A stretch of 64,000 nt of DNA from the IMG/VR virus record IMGVR_UViG_3300000228_000003, positions 1 to 64,000 of that record. One strand, given 5' to 3'. Position numbers and translations under genes: made by a program. The DNA is from a virus. Positions 18,173-27,656 of the stretch are shown here, piece after piece. The notes under the pieces are model-generated. The model did not search any database, was not told the origin of the DNA, and was given only the letters and a program-made list of their open reading frames with translations. Each line of letters opens with the position of its first letter. Positions within the stretch are counted from its first letter, which is position 1.

Positions 18173-19424
18173 TTATGGTTTAAAAAGTAGGTATTTTATA
18201 GATTTAGTGTGGTTACACGGTATACTATCTATACATTTAGACACCACTGTTAATAAGTATATAAAAAAAGATATTACTTCTTATAAAGTACTAGTTGATG
18301 GTGAGTTTATAAGTATAGAGGCGGATACAACTAAACCACTATTTAGTATAGGTGCACGAATACTAGTAAAAAAAGGTAGTTTAGATAATGTAGAAGAAGA
18401 CACATTAACTACAATTGGTTTAGCTATAGCTAACGCCGTAGTTTTAGTTTTTCCTTTTGGTAATCTTATACCATACATTAATAAAACATTTTCTATAAAA
18501 GAAATAGAAAGTAAATATGTATCACCTCTTTTATTAGAGCAAAATATAACAGTAGAGAAATATGACAATTTTACAATAGCAGTAAAAGCACTAGAGGGAT
18601 TAAGCGCACTTATTTCTATAGCTGGTACTAAGAAATCAATGATACCACCAGTTGGGATAAACGAGTACAAAAATAAATTAATTAAAGAACTAGATGAGAA
18701 GTATACTAGAGAAGTATGGACTACTGACAGAGGACACATAGCGTACTACGAGTCTAAACTAGTTGAATATCATAAAGAGTTTCTTGCGGATGACCCGTCT
18801 TATAATAAATTTATTACCAATAAGATTTTTAGTAACTCTATGGGTAAACAATTTAGAACCTTTGGTGCCGATGTGGAGTTTGACAAAAAAGATTTAAATA
18901 CATTATTAGTAATAAATCCGTTGTCAACTGGATATCCTAAAGATAGTAAAGCATTAGCTAAGATGTTAAATACATCTAGAGCAGGCTCTTACGATAGAGG
19001 ATTTAGTACTAGAGACGGAGGTGTAATTTCTAAAGAGTTATTTCGTTCTGTAAGTAATATTGAGTTTATTAATGGTGATTGTGGGTCTATACAAACATCT
19101 CCGGAATTAATAACACAACAAAACTATTTAAAATATCTTTTTAGATATAAAATGGAAAACGGTATACCTATACTGTTAACTAAAGAACTTCTTGAGACAA
19201 GTATAGGACAAGTAGTAAACTTAAGAACACCTAAATGGTGTAAGCAAAAACCTATAGGTAATTATTGTTCTACTTGCGTTGGTAAATTAGCTAGCAAGAG
19301 TAAAAAAGAGATTATAAATATAGTATCGGCTGTTGGGTCTACTGTTACTAAATCAGCATTAAAAGTTATGCATAATTCGCAGGTGTCTACTATTAAGATA
19401 GATTATTTTAAAACATTAAGCTAA
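18144..19424 (+). CDS. Virion RNA polymerase beta' C-terminal subunit (phiKZ gp80-like)
   Basis: SRAGSYDRGFST (bridge helix-like), DCGS, LRTP..C...GNYCSTCVG zinc site, SALKVMH. Confidence 0.88.
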   Translation: MNMTLIEYFNYGLKSRYFIDLVWLHGILSIHLDTTVNKYIKKDITSYKVLVDGEFISIEADTTKPLFSIGARILVKKGSLDNVEEDTLTTIGLAIANAVVLVFPFGNLIPYINKTFSIKEIESKYVSPLLLEQNITVEKYDNFTIAVKALEGLSALISIAGTKKSMIPPVGINEYKNKLIKELDEKYTREVWTTDRGHIAYYESKLVEYHKEFLADDPSYNKFITNKIFSNSMGKQFRTFGADVEFDKKDLNTLLVINPLSTGYPKDSKALAKMLNTSRAGSYDRGFSTRDGGVISKELFRSVSNIEFINGDCGSIQTSPELITQQNYLKYLFRYKMENGIPILLTKELLETSIGQVVNLRTPKWCKQKPIGNYCSTCVGKLASKSKKEIINIVSAVGSTVTKSALKVMHNSQVSTIKIDYFKTLS

Positions 19425-19435
19425 AGGATAAAAAA

Positions 19436-20113
19436 GTGACAGACATATTAGAAACATATAATAACACACCAAGTGATAAAAGTAACATACCTAAATATAA
19501 TCTGTGGGAAGATAACAAGATTCTACCGCAGGATATAAGTATAACGGAGTTAAAGATAACTAACACATTCGCGTTTTATTATAACCAAAGAGTTGACGCT
19601 GGTAAGACAACGTTTGAAGATGATGTTAATAAAGTGGTAGATAGATTATTATCTACTGGTAAATTAAGAATAAGAAATACTGGTGATAGAACAGATATAC
19701 TGGTACCAACTTTAAAAGAGTTTGTAGCTATAGAGTATGTAATACCAATAAAGAAGTTTAGCGATATTGAAAAACCAACTATTACTAGGTATAATAAACT
19801 AGCTTATAATATAGCTTGTCAGTATAGTAAAAATTTTAACGATAAACCAAACGCAGTAAGAGCTTTTCTAGCAAGAGACGTGCATGTTATTTTAGGAGAA
19901 GACTGCAAGTCGCCGATAAAGTTTATGTTAATATGGTCTAGTACTGGTATAACTAAATTAGATAAAAAAGTAGATTACATAACACTAGGTAATTTACCTT
20001 ATATTTTAAAGATATGTGAAACAGCAGGTATACCAGTATTTAATCTATATTTAGAAAGTAGTCAAAAAGACTTATTTACGTTCTTAGGTATAACAGATAA
20101 AATACAAAATTGA
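19436..20113 (+). CDS. SLOG/DprA-like superfamily protein, degenerate
   Basis: LARDVHVILGEDCKSPIKFMLIWS and AGIPVFNL resemble phage SLOG/Smf-like proteins; GTG start with AAGGA. Confidence 0.55.
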   Translation: MTDILETYNNTPSDKSNIPKYNLWEDNKILPQDISITELKITNTFAFYYNQRVDAGKTTFEDDVNKVVDRLLSTGKLRIRNTGDRTDILVPTLKEFVAIEYVIPIKKFSDIEKPTITRYNKLAYNIACQYSKNFNDKPNAVRAFLARDVHVILGEDCKSPIKFMLIWSSTGITKLDKKVDYITLGNLPYILKICETAGIPVFNLYLESSQKDLFTFLGITDKIQN

Positions 20114-20143
20114 TTTTTTGAACTTAAAACAAAAGGAAATAAC

Positions 20144-20650
20144 ATGGCACCAGAAGTAAGAACTAATAAGAAAGAAGCTGGCGATCTAACTGAAAAGCAA
20201 AGCACTGTAACAATTAAAGATAAAAATGATATTATAGAGACAAGTAACAGTGTAGAAAATACTGTTACTACTACTGATGTAACTATGGATGCTACTATTA
20301 TTGACACTACTACTAATACTAAGCAAGATGAACAACCGGTTGCGGCTAGTGAGGAAAAAATAATACACGCGCATAAAGACGAAGCAGTGATTAAAGTAGC
20401 TAATAGAACAACTGCTGCTGCTATGCTAATAGCTAGACTACCAAAAAATAAGATAGAATATATACTAGCACTAACAAGCGATATAAACGTTATTTTAAAA
20501 GAACTATGTGTACTACATAATAGTAATAATATAGTACTAGAGGATATAACTAGTACTTGCGGTGTACATATGTTCGAATATATTATAAGTAACTCTAATA
20601 GCGCACAAGTAAAAGTATTAATGAATATTATAAATAAAGAGGTTAAATAA
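20144..20650 (+). CDS. Hypothetical protein with Thr/Glu-rich disordered N-terminus
   Basis: 168 aa; AAGGA RBS. Confidence 0.7.
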   Translation: MAPEVRTNKKEAGDLTEKQSTVTIKDKNDIIETSNSVENTVTTTDVTMDATIIDTTTNTKQDEQPVAASEEKIIHAHKDEAVIKVANRTTAAAMLIARLPKNKIEYILALTSDINVILKELCVLHNSNNIVLEDITSTCGVHMFEYIISNSNSAQVKVLMNIINKEVK

Positions 20651-21202
20651 ATGGCAAATGTAGACACAAGTGTAGTAGACCAAACTGTAAGACCAGTGTC
20701 AGTAGTAGACGCTGTGGCTAGTGTACTAAAGCAATCTAAAGACACAGCTACGAAATTACAAGATATAGCTAAAAGCAATAAAACAGGCGAATACGGCGAA
20801 CAGATTGGCGTGCTATTAAGAGACATAGCAACAATAAACAATATAAAAGATACTATATATTCTAGTAATTTGTCAGCAGTACAGCTTTCTACATTTACTA
20901 ACACTATGTCTTCTTTTCTTAATACACTAAAAGACATGATAGCTAAGAATGATAAATTAAACATAGATTTAATATGTCTTGTATTTATGGCATTAATAAA
21001 CGATAAAATAGATGTTAACATACTTTACGCACATGAGAATAGTTATAATAATGAAAAAGAAGCACAACTATTACATATGTTAGTACACACATTTAGATAC
21101 TTAGCAGATGCTGGTAGCAGAACAGTTAAACTTAAGGCAATAAATTTTGCTGTTATACCAGAACCGTATGGTAATATATTGAAAGAATACTTTACAAGAT
21201 AA
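20651..21202 (+). CDS. Conserved hypothetical protein
   Basis: 183 aa; abuts the previous stop. Confidence 0.7.
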   Translation: MANVDTSVVDQTVRPVSVVDAVASVLKQSKDTATKLQDIAKSNKTGEYGEQIGVLLRDIATINNIKDTIYSSNLSAVQLSTFTNTMSSFLNTLKDMIAKNDKLNIDLICLVFMALINDKIDVNILYAHENSYNNEKEAQLLHMLVHTFRYLADAGSRTVKLKAINFAVIPEPYGNILKEYFTR

Positions 21203-21233
21203 CTATAGATGGGACATATGTCCCATCTATAGT
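21202..21233. terminator. 32-bp perfect palindrome, bidirectional terminator
   Basis: ACTATAGATGGGACAT|ATGTCCCATCTATAGT between convergent genes. Confidence 0.8.
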
Positions 21234-21257
21234 ATATTTTAAGTGTTTAGTAAAGAA

Positions 21258-22931
21258 CTAGAGCTGTTTTATGGTAGTAGCAATATTTTTTTTCAGTGTA
21301 AGTAAATTAGGAAAGTTGTACATAGTAGTACAATATTCTAAACTATTAACGGTACCAAATAAAGAATTTATATTCTGTAATTTAAATATGTCTTTATCAA
21401 TACCAGCGATGTCTATTACTTCTCTTTCAGTAGTAGCTTTACTAACATTACCAGCTTCTTCATTCGACGGGTAACCAGCTTCCTGGTCTGCGTCTCTATT
21501 ATGTCCTCTGATATTAGTAGCTAGTGTAGGAGCTCCTTTTATGTTTTTTACACCATTATCCTTAACATTATAAGATGGTAGTATAGCTATCCATTTATCT
21601 AAACCTAATATCTTATCATTAACTATAATAGGAGCCTTAGTACTTATTATACCACCATTTTCTTTATAGAAATAATATAAAGAGTTAACACTTCTTTTAG
21701 GATTAGAGTTAAACACATTAAATGGGCTAAGACCGCTTTGCATAGGTAAGTCGAACTTTAAGTCTCTTGTTACATCATCAGCGTGCAACATAGAAATGGT
21801 ATCCCATATATTGTATATAATAAAATGTAAAGGATACTTTTCAGCCATAATCTTAAACCAAGCATACTTAGCCAACCCTTCTGTTCCTGGTAAGGGTATT
21901 TTAAGTTTTTTATACTTATTACCTAGTACTATAGACAATATGCTGTCTAGACCATAACCACCTACTATTTTTTTACTGCCAGGTCTTAAAAAGTAATAAG
22001 CACACATACCGTCTATCCAGTAAAAACTAGCTGGTGCATAAACAGTATGCCACTGTTCAAAATATTTTAGTGGTTTAAACACACCGGCTTCGGTTGTTCT
22101 ATGTTTCTGTCCCTCTTGATAATCAAACACTTTATAATTATCTGGTAATGATGGGTCGCAAAACACATTCTTTGGGTCTATATTGTTTTTCTTAAGAACA
22201 TTTAAAACATATGGTACATCGAAGTCTATATTCCACACCTCTACAAAATCAGGTTGCCATAGGTGCAGTCTTTTAAATGTTTCTAAAATTAAATCAACTT
22301 CTGTATCACATATTAAATACTCTTTTTTTATATTATTAGTTATATCTGTTTTAGGCATATGCTCATTATATAAACTATTGAGTTTATCTTCTAAATCAGT
22401 ATGCTCTAAAACTATACATCTGTTAATAGCTACGAATAATTTATCGTGTGTAGCTATAGATATAATAATAATCTCCCCAGTAGTAACTAGCGTTTCGATA
22501 TCAAATCCACATACATCGTAAATAGCTTTATCTCCATGCAAGTCTGGGTATTTATCAACATAAGCTTTTTTTATGTGTACCCAACTAGACGTATCGGCAC
22601 CGTACAGGTAAGGTGACATAGCTACGTCTCTCATAGTTGGTTTATACTTATTTATTCCTAACCGGATAGCCGCATTAGCTGGTAAGTCTGATACTGTAGA
22701 AACATACTTTACTAAATTTTCAATATCTTCATACTCTTTTTTATCTTTATGATTTCTTTTATGCTGCTGTGTAATATAAAATGGTATTTTATAATCTTTT
22801 ACTATTTTTAAATTAGGCACAGTTTTACCATTATCATAATGAAGTTTTTCTTTTATAATATGTATATCATTACGTACACCATCTATTGCTGGTATGTGAA
22901 ATAGAAACTTAAATTCTTTTCCTAGTAGCAT
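21258..22931 (-). CDS. DnaQ-like 3'-5' exonuclease, part of a split family-B DNA polymerase (phiKZ gp82-like)
   Basis: ExoI FDIET, ExoII WNIDFDVPY, ExoIII YNIWD; start set at ATG 22931 after GGAG. Confidence 0.82.
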   Translation of the reverse strand: MLLGKEFKFLFHIPAIDGVRNDIHIIKEKLHYDNGKTVPNLKIVKDYKIPFYITQQHKRNHKDKKEYEDIENLVKYVSTVSDLPANAAIRLGINKYKPTMRDVAMSPYLYGADTSSWVHIKKAYVDKYPDLHGDKAIYDVCGFDIETLVTTGEIIIISIATHDKLFVAINRCIVLEHTDLEDKLNSLYNEHMPKTDITNNIKKEYLICDTEVDLILETFKRLHLWQPDFVEVWNIDFDVPYVLNVLKKNNIDPKNVFCDPSLPDNYKVFDYQEGQKHRTTEAGVFKPLKYFEQWHTVYAPASFYWIDGMCAYYFLRPGSKKIVGGYGLDSILSIVLGNKYKKLKIPLPGTEGLAKYAWFKIMAEKYPLHFIIYNIWDTISMLHADDVTRDLKFDLPMQSGLSPFNVFNSNPKRSVNSLYYFYKENGGIISTKAPIIVNDKILGLDKWIAILPSYNVKDNGVKNIKGAPTLATNIRGHNRDADQEAGYPSNEEAGNVSKATTEREVIDIAGIDKDIFKLQNINSLFGTVNSLEYCTTMYNFPNLLTLKKNIATTIKQL

Positions 22932-23069
22932 TTTTCTTATCTCCAATGTAAGGCTATTCACAATAATTCTAACTATAGAAAATAATAAAACTACTTTCCA
23001 ATTTATTTTTATACTATATTATTAATATAGAACATCTATATGGTGATACTAAAACAAAAAGGATTTACA

Positions 23070-23402
23070 ATGACAACGTTGGAAGAAACAGCTATTGCAG
23101 AAATGCGAAAAGACAGTATGCTAAATCAAGAAGTATCAGATGAGGATATACTGATAGGACTTAAATGGTTATCAAAAGTCTATGAAGCGTATAGTGCAAT
23201 AGAACTTGAAGATGGTAGTTTTGAAGATACCTCTTTCAAAAGTATCGAGGAGGTAGCTGATGCCATTACTATGGTAATAAAAAATTTATATGGCACGAAC
23301 GCAGCTGACAACATTACAGAGTTCCTTAATGAGAACGTTGTAAATGACCAGATGCGCTGCATTTTCTTAGCGGAGATATTAGATAAGTTATCGCCTGTTT
23401 AG
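23070..23402 (+). CDS. 110-aa hypothetical protein, cassette copy 1
   Basis: Paralog of 30456-30788; ATG 23070 after AAGGA; own promoter motif (23015) and hairpin (23406-23431). Confidence 0.8.
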   Translation: MTTLEETAIAEMRKDSMLNQEVSDEDILIGLKWLSKVYEAYSAIELEDGSFEDTSFKSIEEVADAITMVIKNLYGTNAADNITEFLNENVVNDQMRCIFLAEILDKLSPV

Positions 23403-23487
23403 TAAGTATAAGCGAGATTACTCTCTTATACCTCTATTATATTTTTTTTAATTTTGAATGATAAATCTTAATACATAAGGATAACAC

Positions 23488-24957
23488 GTGGTTGGCAACA
23501 AAACTTATCTAGATGATAAACAAAATGAAAACATAGAAAAAGTAATAGCACTAGAGAATATCGCACCACAACTAGAAGACCCAATTGTTGATGTGTTAGT
23601 AAAATATATAGCTGATATAAGAGCATTATTAATTAAACACGAGATTAATACTTCTGATGCGGCTTTTAATAATAAAGACATAGCAGTACTGTTTGGAAAA
23701 ATAGATACCGCATTAACCAATAGGTTCGGTGTATCGTTTAAACATTTTTATAACACGTTCGAAATAGCATATGCAATAATGCCTATAGCGCCGTACAATA
23801 ACCATGTCTTTAACGATAGACTTTATTATGCATATAATGATTTAATAAAACAAGCTAAGCATATTAAAGCAGCGGATGATTATATGCCAGATAATAGTGA
23901 CTTCAGAAAGTTTATAAAAGTAGCTAGTGAGTCTGTTACTGAAATGAAAGAAGCAGAAGTAATAATAGATTTTAAAAAGGCTAAGATACATTGTGATAAA
24001 CCTATTAATCTACCATTAACTTTAGACATAGCTGTTGTGTTTTTTCCGTCACAATTAAATACTAATGGGCTAACAGATAGGGAAATAGTTACTTGTATGT
24101 TACACGAGGTAGGACACGCTTTTACATACTTAGAACACTCTAGTAGACAAGTAAAAAATATATTATCCATTACAGATAAGATAAATACTAGTTTAAATGT
24201 AAAAAATGAATCACCAAGAAAAACTATGGAAATAGTATATTCTGATAGTGTTAATAAAGGTAAAACAGATAGTCAATATAAACTAGCTATAGTTATTAGA
24301 ACTATAAAAGAAATAATAGATACAAGCATAACACATTACGGAAGTAGCGATGCAGAAAGATTAGCTGATGATTTTGCTATCAACTTTGGACTAGGTAAAG
24401 AACTTGCTAATATTAGAGATATGTTTCACCGCACACAACTGAGGGTGAAGTATTTTAAGTTAGCTAGTAATTTATATGTACCTAAAACATTAATCTATTT
24501 ATTATTAGTAGAACTATTTTTGGGCCTGTTAGCCAGTGCGTCTATATTATTAATACCATTACTAATATTATCAGATGCTGTTATCATAGGTTTCATTGTA
24601 GGACTTATAGCACATGGTTTAACCAGAGGTAATGAAGTAAAAAGAGAATATGCTGTAACTAAAAAAGAGTTAATAAATATTAAATTAGAATTAATTAATA
24701 TTATTAAACAAACAGATAAACACAATGTAGCCACAGAACATGTTATAAGTGCTTATAACGAAGTTAAAGAACTTATAGATAGACAAGATGAAGAAAATAC
24801 TATGTTGACAGTTAACTTTGCGTATAAAACAATATGTGATTACATATTTGGTGCACCGAACACTAAAGCTATGGACGTAAATAGAATACTGTCATTAACG
24901 GATGAGTTAATTAATAATGATGTGTATATGGCATCTGCTAAAGTAAAAGGAATATAA
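23488..24957 (+). CDS. Putative virion protein with zincin metallopeptidase motif and hydrophobic segment
   Basis: IALE processing-type site, MLHEVGH, ERLADDFA, hydrophobic stretch near aa 330-375. Confidence 0.7.
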   Translation: MVGNKTYLDDKQNENIEKVIALENIAPQLEDPIVDVLVKYIADIRALLIKHEINTSDAAFNNKDIAVLFGKIDTALTNRFGVSFKHFYNTFEIAYAIMPIAPYNNHVFNDRLYYAYNDLIKQAKHIKAADDYMPDNSDFRKFIKVASESVTEMKEAEVIIDFKKAKIHCDKPINLPLTLDIAVVFFPSQLNTNGLTDREIVTCMLHEVGHAFTYLEHSSRQVKNILSITDKINTSLNVKNESPRKTMEIVYSDSVNKGKTDSQYKLAIVIRTIKEIIDTSITHYGSSDAERLADDFAINFGLGKELANIRDMFHRTQLRVKYFKLASNLYVPKTLIYLLLVELFLGLLASASILLIPLLILSDAVIIGFIVGLIAHGLTRGNEVKREYAVTKKELINIKLELINIIKQTDKHNVATEHVISAYNEVKELIDRQDEENTMLTVNFAYKTICDYIFGAPNTKAMDVNRILSLTDELINNDVYMASAKVKGI

Positions 24958-24958
24958 A

Positions 24959-25393
24959 ATGAACATTTCAGGCTTTTTAAAAAATACATTAGATAAAAAT
25001 CAACGTACTAGTGATGAGTTGTTTGTAGGGTATTACGCCTTTTCATTATTTGTAGTAAAACAGCTATTTAAAAAATACCCAGATATAGTATCAAAAGGTA
25101 TTACAGCTGACACTAAGGTAATCATTAAGAAATTTCTTAATGCTATTAACGAGCAAGTACCAGTTGATATAGGTAATATAAATTCTATTTTAGAAAAGAT
25201 TATAAATACTTTAAATAATAAAAGTAATAATAACATTATGGCAGAATCAACATTACAAGGTATGTTTGGCTATTATGATTTTATTTCGGCTAGCGAGTTT
25301 GATAAAATAAATGTTAATATTAAATACTTTAAAAACTCTTATAGCGTAGTGGCTGGTGATATAGACGCTATATCAGGATTACTAGATGTCTAA
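24959..25393 (+). CDS. Hypothetical protein, possibly virion-associated
   Basis: 144 aa in an operon with the previous gene. Confidence 0.65.
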   Translation: MNISGFLKNTLDKNQRTSDELFVGYYAFSLFVVKQLFKKYPDIVSKGITADTKVIIKKFLNAINEQVPVDIGNINSILEKIINTLNNKSNNNIMAESTLQGMFGYYDFISASEFDKINVNIKYFKNSYSVVAGDIDAISGLLDV

Positions 25394-26264
25394 TTTACCC
25401 AGAATTATATTAAAAAGAAAAATACGTACGTTTAAAGAACAACTAATAGATAATAACGGTATAAATAAAAAAGATTTTATGGAAGTAGTAAATTTATTTA
25501 GTGGACATGGTCTAGTAGAAGAAACATTTACTACAGTTAGAACTAAAACTAACTACAAAGTCGTTTTAAATATTATAGATAGAAAACTAGCTGAGTTAGA
25601 TAACACACCAGTAACACTTGTTGATATGTCGGAAGCTATTAGTACTCTAAAACATACAATAAGTAGTTATATACATATTTTAATAAAAGATTTTAATAAT
25701 TGTAATTTAGAATATTTTATGGAGAATATTAAAAATAGTGAGTACATATACTCTTATAATGGTAAAGATAAAGAAATACTTGATGAGCCTATTAGTATTA
25801 TAGAAGAATTACCACTGCTAGATGTTTTAACTAGTAGAAAACAATTTATATCTGATATATTAATAACAAATAATTATTTAAATGTTATAGATACAGAAAT
25901 AAAAAACATTTTAGAAACATTACCTACTGTAGATGCGTTTACACTAGGGTATTTGCCTGTGCTACATTATTTAACTTATAAAGAAATAACATTTGATAAT
26001 GTAGATTACGACGACCCAGTGTTGAAAAGAACATATACATTTAGAGATATGATGATTCTATTAAATAATAAAGAACATATACATCAAAAATTAAGTAATA
26101 TGCTTGTTGCATTAGATACTTTATGGACTAATTGTTTAACAGACAGTAGTCTAGATTTAGAAAATATTTATGAACAGTTAATAGAATACACTGAGTTTAT
26201 TAGTTGTAATAAAACAACTAATGTTCTACATCTTATGTCGATTTTAACTAAAAGTAGTGACTAA
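25386..26264 (+). CDS. Hypothetical protein, possibly virion-associated
   Basis: 292 aa; overlapping start. Confidence 0.65.
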   Translation: MSNLPRIILKRKIRTFKEQLIDNNGINKKDFMEVVNLFSGHGLVEETFTTVRTKTNYKVVLNIIDRKLAELDNTPVTLVDMSEAISTLKHTISSYIHILIKDFNNCNLEYFMENIKNSEYIYSYNGKDKEILDEPISIIEELPLLDVLTSRKQFISDILITNNYLNVIDTEIKNILETLPTVDAFTLGYLPVLHYLTYKEITFDNVDYDDPVLKRTYTFRDMMILLNNKEHIHQKLSNMLVALDTLWTNCLTDSSLDLENIYEQLIEYTEFISCNKTTNVLHLMSILTKSSD

Positions 26265-26287
26265 GGGGATAACCCTTAGTCACTACT
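26253..26287. terminator. Hairpin with 15-bp stem, bidirectional terminator
   Basis: AGTAGTGACTAAGGG-GATAA-CCCTTAGTCACTACT. Confidence 0.7.
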
Positions 26288-26315
26288 GTGTTGTTTAGGA
26301 TATGGTCTAACGTCT

Positions 26316-27587
26316 TTATTTAGCATAACCCTCATACGCAGATATTCTACCACAAGTATCATAAACAGGGTTAGCTAGTGTAACTAAATCAAATCTAGAC
26401 AAAGATAACCCTGCATAATAAACCTCTATATTAACTACTATATAAGTGTTAGTAGCTATTTCTGGTAGAGATATAAGTTCTGTAGTGTAATTAAAAATTG
26501 GTAATCCTTGTGTATTTAAAATATTATTTTGTGTTCGTTTTACACTAGCTGTAGCGATAGAATGGTGTATTAAATTATCACCCCTAATCCTAAAACTCTT
26601 ACCAGTATAGTTCAACATATGAGGCATTGCTTGTTCTGGTAAAATATTATATATAGTAGAATATATAGGATTAATATTATTATCGCTTGTACTACCTGGT
26701 ATTAACACTAGTTCGTTACCTATATACTCTAGAATATAATTACTAGTATCAAAGTACATAGTTCTATTATCCATACTATACGTAACTAAACCATTATCTA
26801 TTCTTACCTCTGTAATAATAAATAGGTTATTAGTGTCTATGCAGTTACCGCCTAATATAAGTATATTATCATTAACCTTAGCTATTACGGGATTAGTATA
26901 TCTAGGCGTAGGTACGTTAATAACAGTGTGTGTGAATGTACTATTTACTATATTAGTAAACCAGGTAAGTGACGTGTTATTACCAGTGTTATTAGTAGTA
27001 GCTGTAGTTATACAGAATAAACTATTTTCAATAGCAGCATAGTCGCCTAAGAAATAAGGCATAGGTAATATCTCTTGCTCTGTATATATAGGTACAGTAT
27101 TATTAATAACTGGATTAATATTTATAGTATAAGCATTACGTATTTGACCTAAGCCATTATCACCACCGGCTATATAGAGTGCGTCTAAATTAGGTGCGTA
27201 ACACATATGTCCATATAGAGGTTCCTGTAAATCTGGTAGCAGTTCTATGGCTAAGTTCATGCCACTAATGTCTATAATATAGTTTTTATTAGTTGGTACG
27301 TTATTAGAGAGACCACCTGATATAACAATCTTATCTTCCAGTACACATATACCAGGATACGCTATGTCAAATGGTAATGTAAATTCCTTAGTTATTCTAT
27401 ATTTCTCATCTGGTATGTTTGTGTCCATTACAGTTATTACAAATACATTATTAGTATATCCTCCTACCACAATAATAGTATTGTTTATTTTAACACTAGT
27501 AAATCCAGATGTTAAATGCATACATTCGGATGTTTCATCACAATACACCACATCATGATGTAACTGTGCAACTGCTATAAATTCCAT
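26316..27587 (-). CDS. Kelch-repeat beta-propeller protein with C-terminal beta-rich domain
   Basis: IIVVGGY, IVISGGL, LYIAGGD, ILILGGN Kelch double-Gly motifs at ~50-aa spacing. Confidence 0.72.
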   Translation of the reverse strand: MEFIAVAQLHHDVVYCDETSECMHLTSGFTSVKINNTIIVVGGYTNNVFVITVMDTNIPDEKYRITKEFTLPFDIAYPGICVLEDKIVISGGLSNNVPTNKNYIIDISGMNLAIELLPDLQEPLYGHMCYAPNLDALYIAGGDNGLGQIRNAYTININPVINNTVPIYTEQEILPMPYFLGDYAAIENSLFCITTATTNNTGNNTSLTWFTNIVNSTFTHTVINVPTPRYTNPVIAKVNDNILILGGNCIDTNNLFIITEVRIDNGLVTYSMDNRTMYFDTSNYILEYIGNELVLIPGSTSDNNINPIYSTIYNILPEQAMPHMLNYTGKSFRIRGDNLIHHSIATASVKRTQNNILNTQGLPIFNYTTELISLPEIATNTYIVVNIEVYYAGLSLSRFDLVTLANPVYDTCGRISAYEGYAK

Positions 27588-27656
27588 AGATATCCTTATT
27601 TATTTTATTCACTAATCAATATTTTATAGAATAGAATAAATAAAGGTACAATAAAG

